Positions 11,405-24,493 of a stretch of DNA of 64,000 bases are shown piece after piece. Source of the DNA: Octopus bimaculoides (Eukaryota); the NCBI RefSeq assembly GCF_001194135.2, contig NC_068990.1, positions 66,745,218 through 66,809,217 of the forward strand, in the 5' to 3' direction. The notes under the pieces were generated by a model. It was not told where the DNA came from. It searched no databases and saw only the letters and a list, made by a program, of their open reading frames with translations. Both the position numbers and the translations under genes were made by a program. Every line of letters begins with the position of its first letter. Within the stretch, counting starts at the first letter, position 1.

Positions 11405-11890
11405 TAAAAGATGAACGCAATAGTTGTACTAGCAAGTAACGTTTGTAGCCACTTCAATATGGTTGTTCCGTTTGAACGAACTTTACTACGATTTTTAAGC
11501 CCAAGAAGACATCTCCTCTAGCTAGTTAACAATGTACTCCTGCATCCGATATATTGCGAGCAGGGGATCGAAGACCAACCACCTTCTAGCGATGGGACCA
11601 GCAGACCAGCCTGGTTTCGGGCTATTTCTGCCTCTCTTCAGTACTGGACATCTCGTCTGCAAGAGATGGTAGTAGCTCGCTTCTGCTCGCAATATATATA
11701 AATTCAAGCGAAACACAGTTGCTGATCTTGCAACAACCTAGCTAGTTCTAAAATCTCTCTAAAAGATGAACGCGGCATCTCTGCTGGCAAGTAATGTTTG
11801 TAGCCACTTCAACATTGTTGTTCCATTGAACGGACTTTCCTGCGAATTTTTAACACGAAGGGGACATCTGTAGATGGTTAACGATGCACA
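11405..11890 (-). mobile_element. Hammerhead-containing tandem element, period 355 bp (retrozyme-like or Penelope pseudo-LTR)
   Basis: About 130-bp diverged direct repeats start at 11405 and 11760 (taaaagatgaacgc...gcaagtaa.gtttgtagccacttcaa...gttaac.atg.ac) and bracket the ribozyme. Confidence 0.65.
11591..11652 (-). ncRNA. Type I hammerhead ribozyme
   Basis: Minus strand gatgtccagta CUGAAGA gaggc agaaaua gccc GAAA ccaggcugGUC ugcugguccc auc: intact core, stem I 6 bp (one GU) plus outer 4 bp, stem II G-C plus bulged A plus 3 bp, stem III ACCA/UGGU, GUC cleavage triplet (cut between 11604 and 11603). Confidence 0.8.
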
Positions 11891-12334
11891 CATTTATTTC
11901 AAATCTCCTATTATGATGCACATGTTTCTTTCAAATTTTTTATTTTGTTTTTCACATAGTAATTTATATAGGTTGAACAATGTAAAATATTAGAGAAAGA
12001 AACCTAGTTGTTTCTTGCAATAGATACCAATACATACATCTAAAACAAAAAATGTTCAGGGATCCTTAGAATATTATTGTAGATCCCTAATCTCCTGTTT
12101 TGTTGTGTGCCATATGAACACCAATTGAGAACCACTGGTTTAGCCGAACCGACCCTAGATACTGGTCTTCGTGCTAGTTAGTAGTGGTGACGGTAGTGGT
12201 TGATGGCGTGGTAGAGGTAGTTATGGTAGTGGCAGTAGTGATGCGAACATGGTGGTGGTAATACAGGTGGTGGCAAATGTTGTGGTGGTGGTGATCTTGG
12301 TGATATTAATAAGAACAATGTAGTTGGCTTGTTC

Positions 12335-13150
12335 TGAAGTGAGGCCGACTCAATATACAGGTGGGCTGGGGAAATTAACATCCACTTTAATGCTGGAAAA
12401 TTCCAAACCCTGCGCTACCAAAACAGGAAGCTCAGTGAAAAGCAGATAGGATACACTGGCCCAGGAGGGATTCCAGTACCTGGGCATCGACATGAGTAAT
12501 GATGCGTCTTTCCAGGTGCATATAACCAAGTCGGCAATAAAATCATGGCATCTGGCCGGGTGGATCCATTGAACTTTCAAAACAATAGAAAAAGAAACCA
12601 TGATGATCCTCTGAAGGACTTTCTTTCTCAGCCGTCTGGATTACTGCTCCCAGCTGTGGTCACTAAACAATGTAATATTAACGACGGAACTCGAGGCGAT
12701 CCAACGAAGCTACACAAGGATGATAGATACAATGCGACATATCAGCTACTGGGAGAGACTGAAAGATTTAAGACACTACTCCCTGAAGTGAATGCGGGGA
12801 AAATATGCAGTAATATACATCTGGAAAATTCTAGGAATACTTATTCCATACATTGGTATTGTCACTTACACAAACAGCAGGGTGGGGTGCTACTGCATGG
12901 TACCAAAGATCCCAACATTGCAATCAGGATACAGGACTAGATCCTGAAACAGCTTGAGGTTCAAAAGCCCACAGCTCTTCAGTATCCTCCCGCAAAGCCT
13001 GAGAGACCTGAATGGCGTGGATATGGGCTTTTTCAAAACAAAACTAGATCTCCTTCTGCAAAGAGTTCCGGTTGAACCTACATCTAGGCAAGAAACACAG
13101 ATGAGGCCAGCAAATGTCACATATCAGAGAAAGTTTCGTGAAAGAGTAGC
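12335..13150 (+). pseudogene. 3' part of a CR1/L2-like LINE ORF2 (end of RT and C-terminal domain)
   Basis: YRWAGEINIHFNAGKFQTLRY, YLGIDMSNDASFQVHITK, LSRLDYCSQLWS, PQLFSILPQSLRDL...FFKTKLDLLLQRVP motifs with stops and frameshifts. Confidence 0.8.
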
Positions 13151-13784
13151 AAATTAAACGGCAGTGTCCCAGCATGACCACAGTTTTTGGCCTGAAACTT
13201 AGAGAAATAGAACATATATNNNNNNNNNNNNNNNNNNNNNNNNNNNNNNNNNNNNNNNNNNNNNNNNNNNNNNNNNNNNNNNNNNNNNNNNNNNNNNNNN
13301 NNNNNNNNNNNNNNNNNNNNNNNNNNNNNNNNNNNNNNNNNNNNNNNNNNNNNNNNNNNNNNNNNNNNNNNNNNNNNNNNNNNNNNNNNNNNNNNNNNNN
13401 NNNNNNNNNNNNNNNNNNNNNNNNNNNNNNNNNNNNATATATATATATATATATATATATACATCCATGTGTGTGTGTATGTGTGTGTGTATGCGTGTGT
13501 AATTGAGGGTGAGATAAAAATGGTTGAATGAGTGGGCTGTAGCAATTGTCTCGTTAGAGATACATAGTTACTAACAGTGGCGATTACAGTTTTGGTAGTA
13601 GTTGTAGTGGTTTGTAGTAAGTAGTTTTGTTATATAACCTCCTGGTTGCGGTAAAATCATTAAGTTGCGGTTGGCTTAAATGCGGAGTGAGCCATCTTCT
13701 TAATGATATATTTGATAACTGTCCAATCGCATGAGACAAATTTCATAACAGTTAAACAAGGCTGATGGCAATACGGATGGTGAA

Positions 13785-13915
13785 GATGATGATGATGATG
13801 ATGACGATGACGATGATGATGGTGAAGGAGAGGAGGAGAAGGACAACGACGACGGCGATTTTTATCATTGCTGGCTTTAACACTGACATTGTTGTGTTTT
13901 TGTAGTTAGGTAGTG

Positions 13916-13972
<57 letters not shown>
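13785..13972. repeat. (GAT)n and (TAG)n trinucleotide microsatellites
   Basis: Directly visible. Confidence 0.95.
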
Positions 13973-13973
<1 letters not shown>

Positions 13974-14649
13974 GTGTTGTTGTTTTTGTTGTTATTTTTT
14001 GCAAATGTCTAATTGTGTAGAACAGACATGTGATCGGGGGCGTTCCCTCTGTGAGTATCCCGTCATTGGTCTCAACCATAATGTATCTAGCAGCATCTTA
14101 ATTTACGTTGCCCTTCGTCATGAGACTGCAGAGTTTGATTTAACAAAATAATTAGCTACCATTTCTAGCGAGTCAAATAACTACATAAATGTCTCATCGA
14201 TGGTTTCTTTTGTCATTGCTGCGTTTTCTCTGTTATTGTGGTGGTGATGGTGGTGGTAGTTTTAATGTGATCCTCGTGACTAAAGTGTTGGGGAATGTGG
14301 GACGGCAGAAGAATTTTTGTAGATGTGTCCTCGTGACCAACTCAATCAATCAACGCGCATGTCAAACTTTTAGCTAATCCCTATACTTACCGATCACATT
14401 GTTAATCGGCCATAATTTATAATGGAGAGAACAACGTTGTTATGAATATTACTCTCTCGTCCACGAACAGGAATTTATTTTAATCACAACTATCGTATCA
14501 CCCATTCGATACGATAATTCTAGAAAAAGGAGATCCTACTTTTTTTGATGCACTTGTTTAGCTTAATATAATTGCAAATGACGTTAAATATTAACGCAAA
14601 CTTATAGGCATAGCAATCTAAAGAGGCATTTATTTACTCCAATTTATGT

Positions 14650-16100
<1,451 letters not shown>

Positions 16101-16410
16101 TTCACCTGGAGGTTATCTACGAGCCATATATTATCTGTTAACATATATGACAGCTATATGTATATCATAGTTTATATGTCCTCTGTTTCTCTAATATAAA
16201 CATGTCGCACGACTATCCAAAAGGGAAAAATGATATACACACTGTTTTTTCAAATGTTATATACAAACCAGGACTATACAGGATTTTTAACTGCTCTATA
16301 GGTGTTTTAATACCAGGATTATATGATAACGATAGATGTACTGGACTTTCTAAGACTGTATTCAGTTGATAACTAATCATGCATTTAAAACTAGATGATA
16401 CTGTATGTTA

Positions 16411-16918
16411 TATTAGGATGTTTCACATGAAATGTCACATTTTTAATTACTTGTTATTTCAGTAATCTAAAAATTCAATTTATGTATACCTTGCATTTAA
16501 TGTTGACTCTTTTTCTTACCCAAATATTATTGGTATACAAACTTCGTACTCACAGACCTTATGAAATTGATAACAATCAAACTATGTTGAACGATTTTCT
16601 CGTATGAGTACAAACTGGGTCACTCTGCCGCAGAAGCTCTACGGAATATTCAGTGGGTGTTTAATAATGTTTTTTTGACAACAGAACTGTTTAGAGATGG
16701 TTCCAAAGCTCTCATTCAGGAGATGATAGCCTTAAAAATAAAACAAGGTGTAGGTCAAAATCAGTTAGTCGGCATGATGGATTAAATGCTTTGGTTGAGC
16801 AGAATCCAAGAACAAAAGTTCGAAAAATTTTAGCAGAATTCCAAACACTTCGGACAACTGCTTTTGGACCCCTATAAAAAATTGGAAAAGGCAAGAAAAC
16901 GGATAGGTTTGTTGCACA
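16411..16918 (+). mobile_element. Mariner 5' remnant (TIR plus N-terminal HTH region of transposase)
   Basis: TA-ttaggatgtttcacatgaaatgtcacatttt TIR-like start; FSYEYKLGHSAAEALRNIQWVF...LNALVEQNPRTKVRKILAE...KIGKGKKTDRFVAH resembles Mos1/Hsmar1 N-terminus up to the WVPHEL position. Confidence 0.8.
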
Positions 16919-16954
16919 CTGTGTGTGTGTGTGTGCGTGCGTGTAAATTAACGA

Positions 16955-17960
16955 CATCTTAAGGGATGCTTGAACGATCCAAAAGGTTGTAGTCGGAAGG
17001 GTCGTGATCTAGACTGTATGCAGGGCGTTCCTGCAGCACGAAGCCCAGTTTTTCAGTGTTTTCAATGGTGTGGACGACCGTATGTGGGGTTGAATTTTCT
17101 TGCAACAATAACACTTGCTTTGACCAAAAGCAATGACGTCCGATGTGATTTGTATATTTTTGTTTATTGGCCAGCGTTTCAGTGTAGCCTATACTGGTGA
17201 CTGTAGACTCCTTTTCCAGGTACTGTTTCAATATAAGCTGTTTTGCGTCCCCCCCCCCCAAAAAAAAAACGATTAGCGGTTAGCATCACTTCTTCTAGGG
17301 AAGATTGACCCTTGAATTTCTTTCTTGCTGGCGATTCCGCGTCTATCTGCTCTATACTCTACTCTGTGGACTCAAGCCCATAGTGACAAACCAAGACCTC
17401 ATTTCCTGTGTCTATTCTTTCCAAAACGTTTTGCTTTCATCGTTTTAGTGGTCAAGATGACAGATCTCCATAGGATTACACTTATGTGCTTCGGTTAGAT
17501 CTCTAGGCACCTGTCTCGCACATACTTTATCAAACCATAAGCTTGTCGTGGATGATTTCGTATGCAGAACCATGGTTAATTTGCAGAGAACATGCTACCT
17601 TATTCATGGCCACTCGTTGCTTCACTAGACCATCTTCATTCCAGTGGTGGAAGTTGATGACCATCCTGACCCTCTTTGTGCTTCACGCTTGCCCGGCCAC
17701 ATTTAAATTTCTCAGTCCACTCATACACATTTCTAATCGTCAGAGCGCTGTCTGTACTGAAAGCCTCCATTGAATTTCAGCCCCTGATTCACCTTCATGC
17801 CAGAGAAATCAGATTACATTGCAGGTGGAGCGGCCATGAAAACTGGTGCGATCAAGGTCAGACATCGATTACGTAACCACGGTAGTACGACCATTTAGAA
17901 CATGAGCGCTGAAGGCAATGCGGCCAGCATAAAGGGAGTTTTGACGAAAGCACGAATAAT
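16955..17960 (-). mobile_element. Mariner transposase pseudogene (near full length, 3' truncated)
   Basis: ATG at 17837; decayed motifs KVCARQVPRDLTEAHK, RIDTGNEVLVCHY, SPARKKFKGQSSLEEVMLT, LLLQENSTPHT, PAYSLDHDPSDYNL (YSPDLAPSDY equivalent). Confidence 0.85.
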
Positions 17961-17971
17961 TTTTTACTTAC

Positions 17972-18007
<36 letters not shown>

Positions 18008-18112
18008 NNNNNNNNNNNNNNNNNNNNNNNNNNNNNNNNNNNNNNNNNNNNNNNNNNNNNNNNNNNNNNNNNNNNNGTGTGTGTGTGTGTGCTTGTGTGT
18101 GTGCGTGCGTGC

Positions 18113-18185
<73 letters not shown>

Positions 18186-18728
18186 CCTGTATGTATGCAT
18201 ATATAGTCACACTCACACCCGGACTACAGCTCATTAGTTAAGAAGTTCATTTCGCATTCATGAGTTCGGTCCAGCTGTGTAGCATCTGGGGTAATATATT
18301 TTTAGCACTGCCTCGATTCGTGTGAATGAAATTGGATAAACAGAAACTATGAGCTTCTAATTGAATGTTTTAGCTTTCTCACTTTCTGTGCCGCACTGAT
18401 TCCGCCCAGGAATGACTGTAACAAGTACATGCGTGCGTCGAATACTCAGCTACTTACACACTAATTCAGGAGCAGAAAATTCAGTTGATCGTACAACTAA
18501 ACTCTCATCGCTGAAACCGATGAAAATCCATTACCATTACGTCGTAAATAGATATACTTTACATAAGCATATATGTAAATATACATGCATGTGTGAATGT
18601 ATATTCATATGTTTATGTGTGTACAGATATGCACTATATATACATATATATTTATACACATACACACATACATACATACATACGCATTAAGGTGCCTATA
18701 TAAAGGTAAATATCCTTTACATACGCCT

Positions 18729-19022
18729 AGAAAGTTCCCCTCCGAGGAACAAATCCGGGCAAGGTTGTTTTTATGGAAGACCAGCAGTCGCTCATGCATA
18801 TCAGCCTTCCTTCACCTCGCCACGGATGTTTTCCAAGAGAAAGGCAAAGTCGATACAGCTTGGCACCAGTGACGTCGCAACTCATTTCTACAACTGAGCG
18901 AACTGGAGCAATGTGAAATAGTGATTTGCTCAAGGACACAACACACAGCTCGGTCCTGGAATCGAATTCACTACCTTATGATTGTGAGTCCAAAGCTCTA
19001 AACACTAAGCCATGTGCCTTCA
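18729..19022 (-). mobile_element. SINE family C, full length (tRNA-like head plus CORE-like domain)
   Basis: Minus strand gcacatggcttagtgtttagagc...gaattcgattccagg...gtgtccttgagcaaatcactatttcacattgctccagttcgctcagttgtagaaatgagt; collinear with 33590-33891. Confidence 0.85.
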
Positions 19023-19023
19023 T

Positions 19024-19067
<44 letters not shown>

Positions 19068-19940
19068 NNNNNNNNNNNNNNNNNNNNNNNNNNNNNNNNN
19101 NNNNNNNNNNNNNNNNNNNNNNNNNNNNNNNNNNNNNNNNNNNNNNNNNNNNNNNNNNNNNNNNNNNNNNNNNNNNNNNNNNNNNNNNNNNNNNNNNNNN
19201 NNNNNNNNNNNNNNNNNNNNNNNNNNNNNNNNNNNNNNNNNNNNNNNNNNNNNNNNNNNNNNNNNNNNNNNNNNNNNNNNNNNNNNNNNNNNNNNNNNNN
19301 NNNNNNNNNNNNNNNNNNNNNNNNNNNNNNNNNNNNNNNNNNNNNNNNNNNNNNNNNNNNNNNNNNNNNNNNNNNNNNNNNNNNNNNNNNNNNNNNNNNN
19401 NNNNNNNNNNNNNNNNNNNNNNNNNNNNNNNNNNNNNNNNNNNNNNNNNNNNNNNNNNNNNNNNNNNNNNNNNNNNNNNNNNNNNNNNNNNNNNNNNNNN
19501 NNNNNNNNNNNNNNNNNNNNNNNNNNNNNNNNNNNNNNNNNNNNNNNNNNNNNNNNNNNNNNNNNNNNNNNNNNNNNNNNNTTATTTATAGTTATATGTA
19601 TACCTTAATGGATTTTTCTATCTCCTCTGTTCTAAAGTTTCCACCAATCGATTATTGTTTACTTAAGTTATTTACTTACGTTATCAGAAACTGGGGGTTA
19701 CCGACGCAAACTACTTCAAACCCCGAAGCTCTATACTTGTAGAAAAGATACAACTTTGATATAGTCTTTCTCAGTTTTACACAGACTGACTGTCACCTAA
19801 AACTCAATAAACTCAAGTTGTCCTATTGTTTATTTTTCAGTGAGTTTAAACTTCTAACCTCGGGGTATGGAACCAGCTGTCCAAGAGAATAAGAAAATAT
19901 TAGATATTACAAAGCATAATACATACATGTATTCTTGTAT

Positions 19941-19971
<31 letters not shown>

Positions 19972-20654
19972 TAAATAGTACATANNNNNNNNNNTATATA
20001 TATGTGTGTGTGTGTGTGTATGGAGTTGTGTATTGTCGATTGAATGCAAGAATACATATGCACATATTTACATACGTATATGCATGTATAAAAAGGGTAT
20101 GTATATTTGTATATAGTTCGTGTGTGTGTATGCATGTGTGTATCCGTGTGTAAACCACGCATTTCCGAGAATGCGCACACTCTCATGCATAACCATATAG
20201 AAACACATTATGTGTCGTTGCACATATATTATAGTCATGTGAATGCTAATACCATTCTTATAGTTGCTGCTGCTGCTGCTGTTGTTGTTGTTGTTGTTGT
20301 TGTTGTTAATGTTGGTGGTGGTGGTGGTGGTGGGGGGCGGGTTTAATGACGAAGTCGTATTTATTTTTGTTCCATTTGTTGTTCTTGCTTTTCGTAGTGT
20401 ATGTAACTTCCAGAAAAAAAAAAACATTTTTATATATAAACAAACATTGAATTGCCAAATGAGTTGGTTTTTTTTGAAATGAAGGAAATCTCGAATGTAG
20501 GAGAATAACTGTGAAAATAGCTTAGAGAATCGGCTAAAACACCCTTTTAGACCGAAAAAATAATCAGCAAGCCTGCAATAAAGAATAATGTTGCTGCTGC
20601 TGCTGCTGCTACTACTACTAATAAAAATAATGATAAGAAGCCTTTCTACTGGAA

Positions 20655-20852
20655 GCACAAGGCCTCAAATTTGCGGGAAGGGATTAAGTCGATTACATCG
20701 ACACCAGTGCGTAACTGGTACTTAATTTATCGACCCCGAAAGTTTGAATGACAAAGTCGACCATAGAAGTATTTGAACTCAGAACATAATGACAAGCGAA
20801 ATACCGCTAAGCATTTCGCCTGGCGTGCTGACGATTCTGCCAGCCCGCCGCC
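20655..20852 (-). mobile_element. SINE family A, full length, next to a (TAA)n run
   Basis: Head ggcggcgggctggcagaatcgtcagcacgccagg, B-box-like gagttcaaat, complete body. Confidence 0.9.
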
Positions 20853-20858
20853 TTAACT

Positions 20859-20895
<37 letters not shown>

Positions 20896-20926
20896 CTACT
20901 TGTGGTGGTGGTGGTGGTGGTGGTGT

Positions 20927-20958
<32 letters not shown>

Positions 20959-21189
20959 ACAGCGACAGTAACAATAGCAATAATAATAGTGATGTAATAG
21001 TGATGTTGACTGTTCATTTGTTGCGGGCCTGTTGAAGGGAACATTGAAGTTTTTTCCCAGAATCGTGTGAAGAGAAAAAGGGAAAGATAAGTTATCCTTA
21101 TGGCCAGGAACTTTTGAGTACCCCTTCGTGCATACAAGATTAACCCGACCACACAAGGCATGTGCCATCTTCTAACCGTGTCTGATCTA

Positions 21190-22160
21190 CAGGTGTATGC
21201 ATAGAATAGTTCCTTTCACTTTAACCGCAGTCACCCACTTTTTGACAGTTTTCCTGGATGAAAGAGCACTTTCTTCATTATCCTCAGTCGCCTTTCCAAG
21301 TGGAAATCGTTAAGGTTGATGGGGCTTGAGCAAAGGTGCAGATGTCCGTCTGCAACCATTTCAGCCTCGTCCACTACATGCTCTCTTTTGTCATAGCCAA
21401 CAGACATCGAAAAACAATCTACCCAGTCCTACCGAACGGGGGCAGTAAGGCAATGTTCACGATCGACTAGCCTGATAGCTGGATTCATTCTACGACATAA
21501 TTCCACAAGTATGTTCCATTACCGCATGAGTGCATGAAAATCTATTTCATCGTTCTGCTCACATTTTGGACTGTCCTACGTGATTGGACTTTCGTGCCTG
21601 TAGAGCGTCATCAACCGGTAATTCGGAAATTTCCAAGGTTGCATTGCTAAGCTAAGGATTTCTGGAATTATGCATGGTAGTCACTGATACAAAATTTTCT
21701 CAAAAAGGCCAGCTTGTTTGTTCTCGTAAACGCCGACATTTTCCCCAAAAGTGTCATCATTTTTACCTACAACTAGTTCTCTGTATGTAGTTAAAGTGGA
21801 ACATCTGCCGACTGCACTGCCTAATTTTTCTTGTCACTGTGGCAACAAATGAAATGGGCATCGCAATGACAGGTTACATAAAGGTGACATGTCTGCTAGG
21901 ACGAATGAATGAATCAAACACAGTCAAGTCTCTTTACCTGCCAAAGGCACTCTTCTCGCATAGCTATTGGTTTCAATCTACGGGTGCATTCTTAACACCA
22001 TCTCTCATCATCATTACTTCCTTTTCTAAGTGATACTTGAAAAACTCAATGAGAAATGGTCCGAAAAGGAAAATGGCTTTCCTCAATTTTTACAGTCTTG
22101 TCCACCACATATCCTCTTGCGCTATAATTAATGGACAGAGGAAAACTACCTACGTTACCC
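21190..22160 (-). pseudogene. Decayed coding-like sequence of unknown family
   Basis: Non-repetitive, higher-GC island; one minus frame stays nearly open over about 200 codons with few stops (e.g. DWVDCFSMSVGYDKREHVVDEAEMVADGHLHLCSSPINLNDFHLERRLRIMKKVLFHPGKL); no family recognised. Confidence 0.35.
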
Positions 22161-22399
22161 TCTTGAATGAAAGCGGTGGAACAATAACAACTTTTAATTT
22201 TTGAGATTTTGAAGAACATAAATATATTTATATTTGAAAAATTAGGAAAAACAAATATGATATTTAGAAATGAAGAATACTGATCTATAATCAAATGGGT
22301 AACAACATAGTAGCCATAAAAGATGAAGGTTTATATTTGTGGAAAAATTAGACAAATGAAAGTGGGAAAGTGTAAGAGGATAGAGGTTACCTGGTAAAG

Positions 22400-23620
22400 A
22401 GAAGAAAATCTAATATGCACCAATTTCAAATATCCGTGCAGTTGTGTAGCATTCCTTTTTTTGAAGTTGGCGTTTTCTATTCTGAAAATAAATGCCTTTC
22501 AAAGTGTTTACATTTGCCGAATATTTCTGATTTGGTGTTTGAAAAGAAGTTTTGATAATGTAGATTTTTTAGGTTACCCCTTTCTTCTGATGTCATCTGA
22601 TCTCACCTTTTGCTTCCATTTTTGTACGGTTAAAATATTACGATTTCATTTGATATTCATTTAATTTTCAATCTGAAGTTTTTGTTTGTAATTTCCAGAT
22701 GTGGTCGACTCTTCTTCAAAAGAGCAATAACTCCAAATTATGAGCAAAAAAGAATGTACGACAAAAAAATGGTTAAATTGTATATGCTCTTCGCTTGTGT
22801 AACTTCTTTGTACTAATCCTTGGTTGGGTTTAATGCAGGTGATCTTTTCCTCATTCCCGGCTTTGCGGGTCAGGACCTATCGAGAGTATATGTGTTTGTG
22901 TTTGTGTTCCTGCAGTAGTATATGGATTCAGTCTTCATGTCATTTAACAGGAAAAATGTAATCAGTTCCTCTGGGTTAATTAGTTCCATGATTTTGCTAA
23001 CGTGTAAATTTAAAACAGTAGGTCTGTAATTTTAAGCGTCGGTTCTTCCTATTCTTTTGACATTTGGAAGAACTTACCACTTGCTAGAATCTTATAAAAA
23101 GTATCTAAAGTGGTTTTGAAAAAACCTTTTTTACGAATTACTAAGAGAATATTAAGAAGCCCTCAATTTTGCTGACTTTCGATTCATTATGACTTCGGCT
23201 AATATTTCATCTTCTTTCCTTATATCAATGTAATCGATGTAAAACTGTTGTGTTGAAGAATTCACTTGGCACCTTTATTTGCATGTGAAAAAACCTTTGC
23301 ATTATTCATTCAGTAATAAACTTACTCTTCTGCTGTCTGCAGCTAGTGATCTATTTCCTTGCAATAATAGTACTATATTATAATCCACTGAAGCTAATTC
23401 TTTCTCGAATTTATAGACAACTTTAGCATTCGTTTTTTATGTTGTCTACAGCCATGTTATATCTTCGTACTGTCTCATTTTCATAGAAGTCATTTATTTT
23501 ATTCGAGAATTCGTGCTGTGTTCTTTTATATCGGACATTCTGCTGTCCATACTTTGTTTATTTACACAATCTGTGATGTTTATTCTTTCTTTCAACAAAC
23601 TTTTCTTGTCACTGAGAATT
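22400..23620 (-). pseudogene. Highly decayed LINE reverse transcriptase region
   Basis: Around 23060-22940: SKW*VLPNVKRIGRTDA*NYRPTVLNLHVSKIMELI, matching the W-K-x-A-x-V-x-P...NYRPISL...SKIME RT motif of CR1/L2-type LINEs. Confidence 0.6.
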
Positions 23621-23689
23621 ATATATTTGTGAAAGTTACCCTTTCTCTCTAGGACATTTTAAATACATTATTGCTTGCATTTATACCAG

Positions 23690-23870
23690 TGAGCAGGCAG
23701 AATAGTCAAGACACGGGACATTTCTTCCGGTTCTACGTTTTGAGTTCAAGTTATACCAAAGAATTCCACCCTTTCAGGGTCGACAAGATGGTGCCAACTG
23801 AGCACTGGATTCATTGGAATCGCCTTTTCCTTTTCAAAATTTCAGGCCTACCGCCAGATATCATAAAAAA
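23690..23870 (+). mobile_element. SINE family A copy (degraded)
   Basis: gagcaggcagaatagtcaagacacggg...ttgagttcaag...ccctttcagggtcgac. Confidence 0.75.
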
Positions 23871-24450
23871 TAAAACTAGCATCAATTGTTTCAGCTTCAA
23901 GTAACTGTGTTGGATAGAGAGATTTTCGAATAAGTTGTGCTTCAAAACATTTTAGGGAATTGTACGCTCGAAGAACTCAGGTTCCCACGAGTAAGAATGA
24001 ACGTAGTCTTAACTGCTTAATCTAAAGAGTTGACACCTTATCCATCCAACTTCGACGATTCTGCAGATTTTTTTTTTTTTCATTTTTTATTCTTAGCCAG
24101 GAAATATAAATGACGTTCACGACTAAATGTCAGTGATATAATAAGAGAAAGAGAGTAACAATTTGAAGTATGGTTTCGAAATTGGATTTGCTTCTCTTAA
24201 CATCAGAATCCTCATTGTATGTCATCTCGATTCGTGCTAGAGGTAAAAAGTAAATATAGTATATACAAATAAGATGTCTAAGTCTGCTGAAGCACGCATG
24301 CGCACACAGACCTATATGCATGTACAGATACACATGTACATATGCACGCATGCACTTTTACGCGCGCGTGCACACGCCCTCGCACACACACACACACACA
24401 CAAACACAAACACACACACAAAGAAAACACACACACACAAACACACACGC

Positions 24451-24493
<43 letters not shown>

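Noticed and set aside
12124-12138. ttgagaaccactg, resembling a hAT/Charlie-type TIR
   Set aside because: No matching opposite TIR or TSD found nearby.
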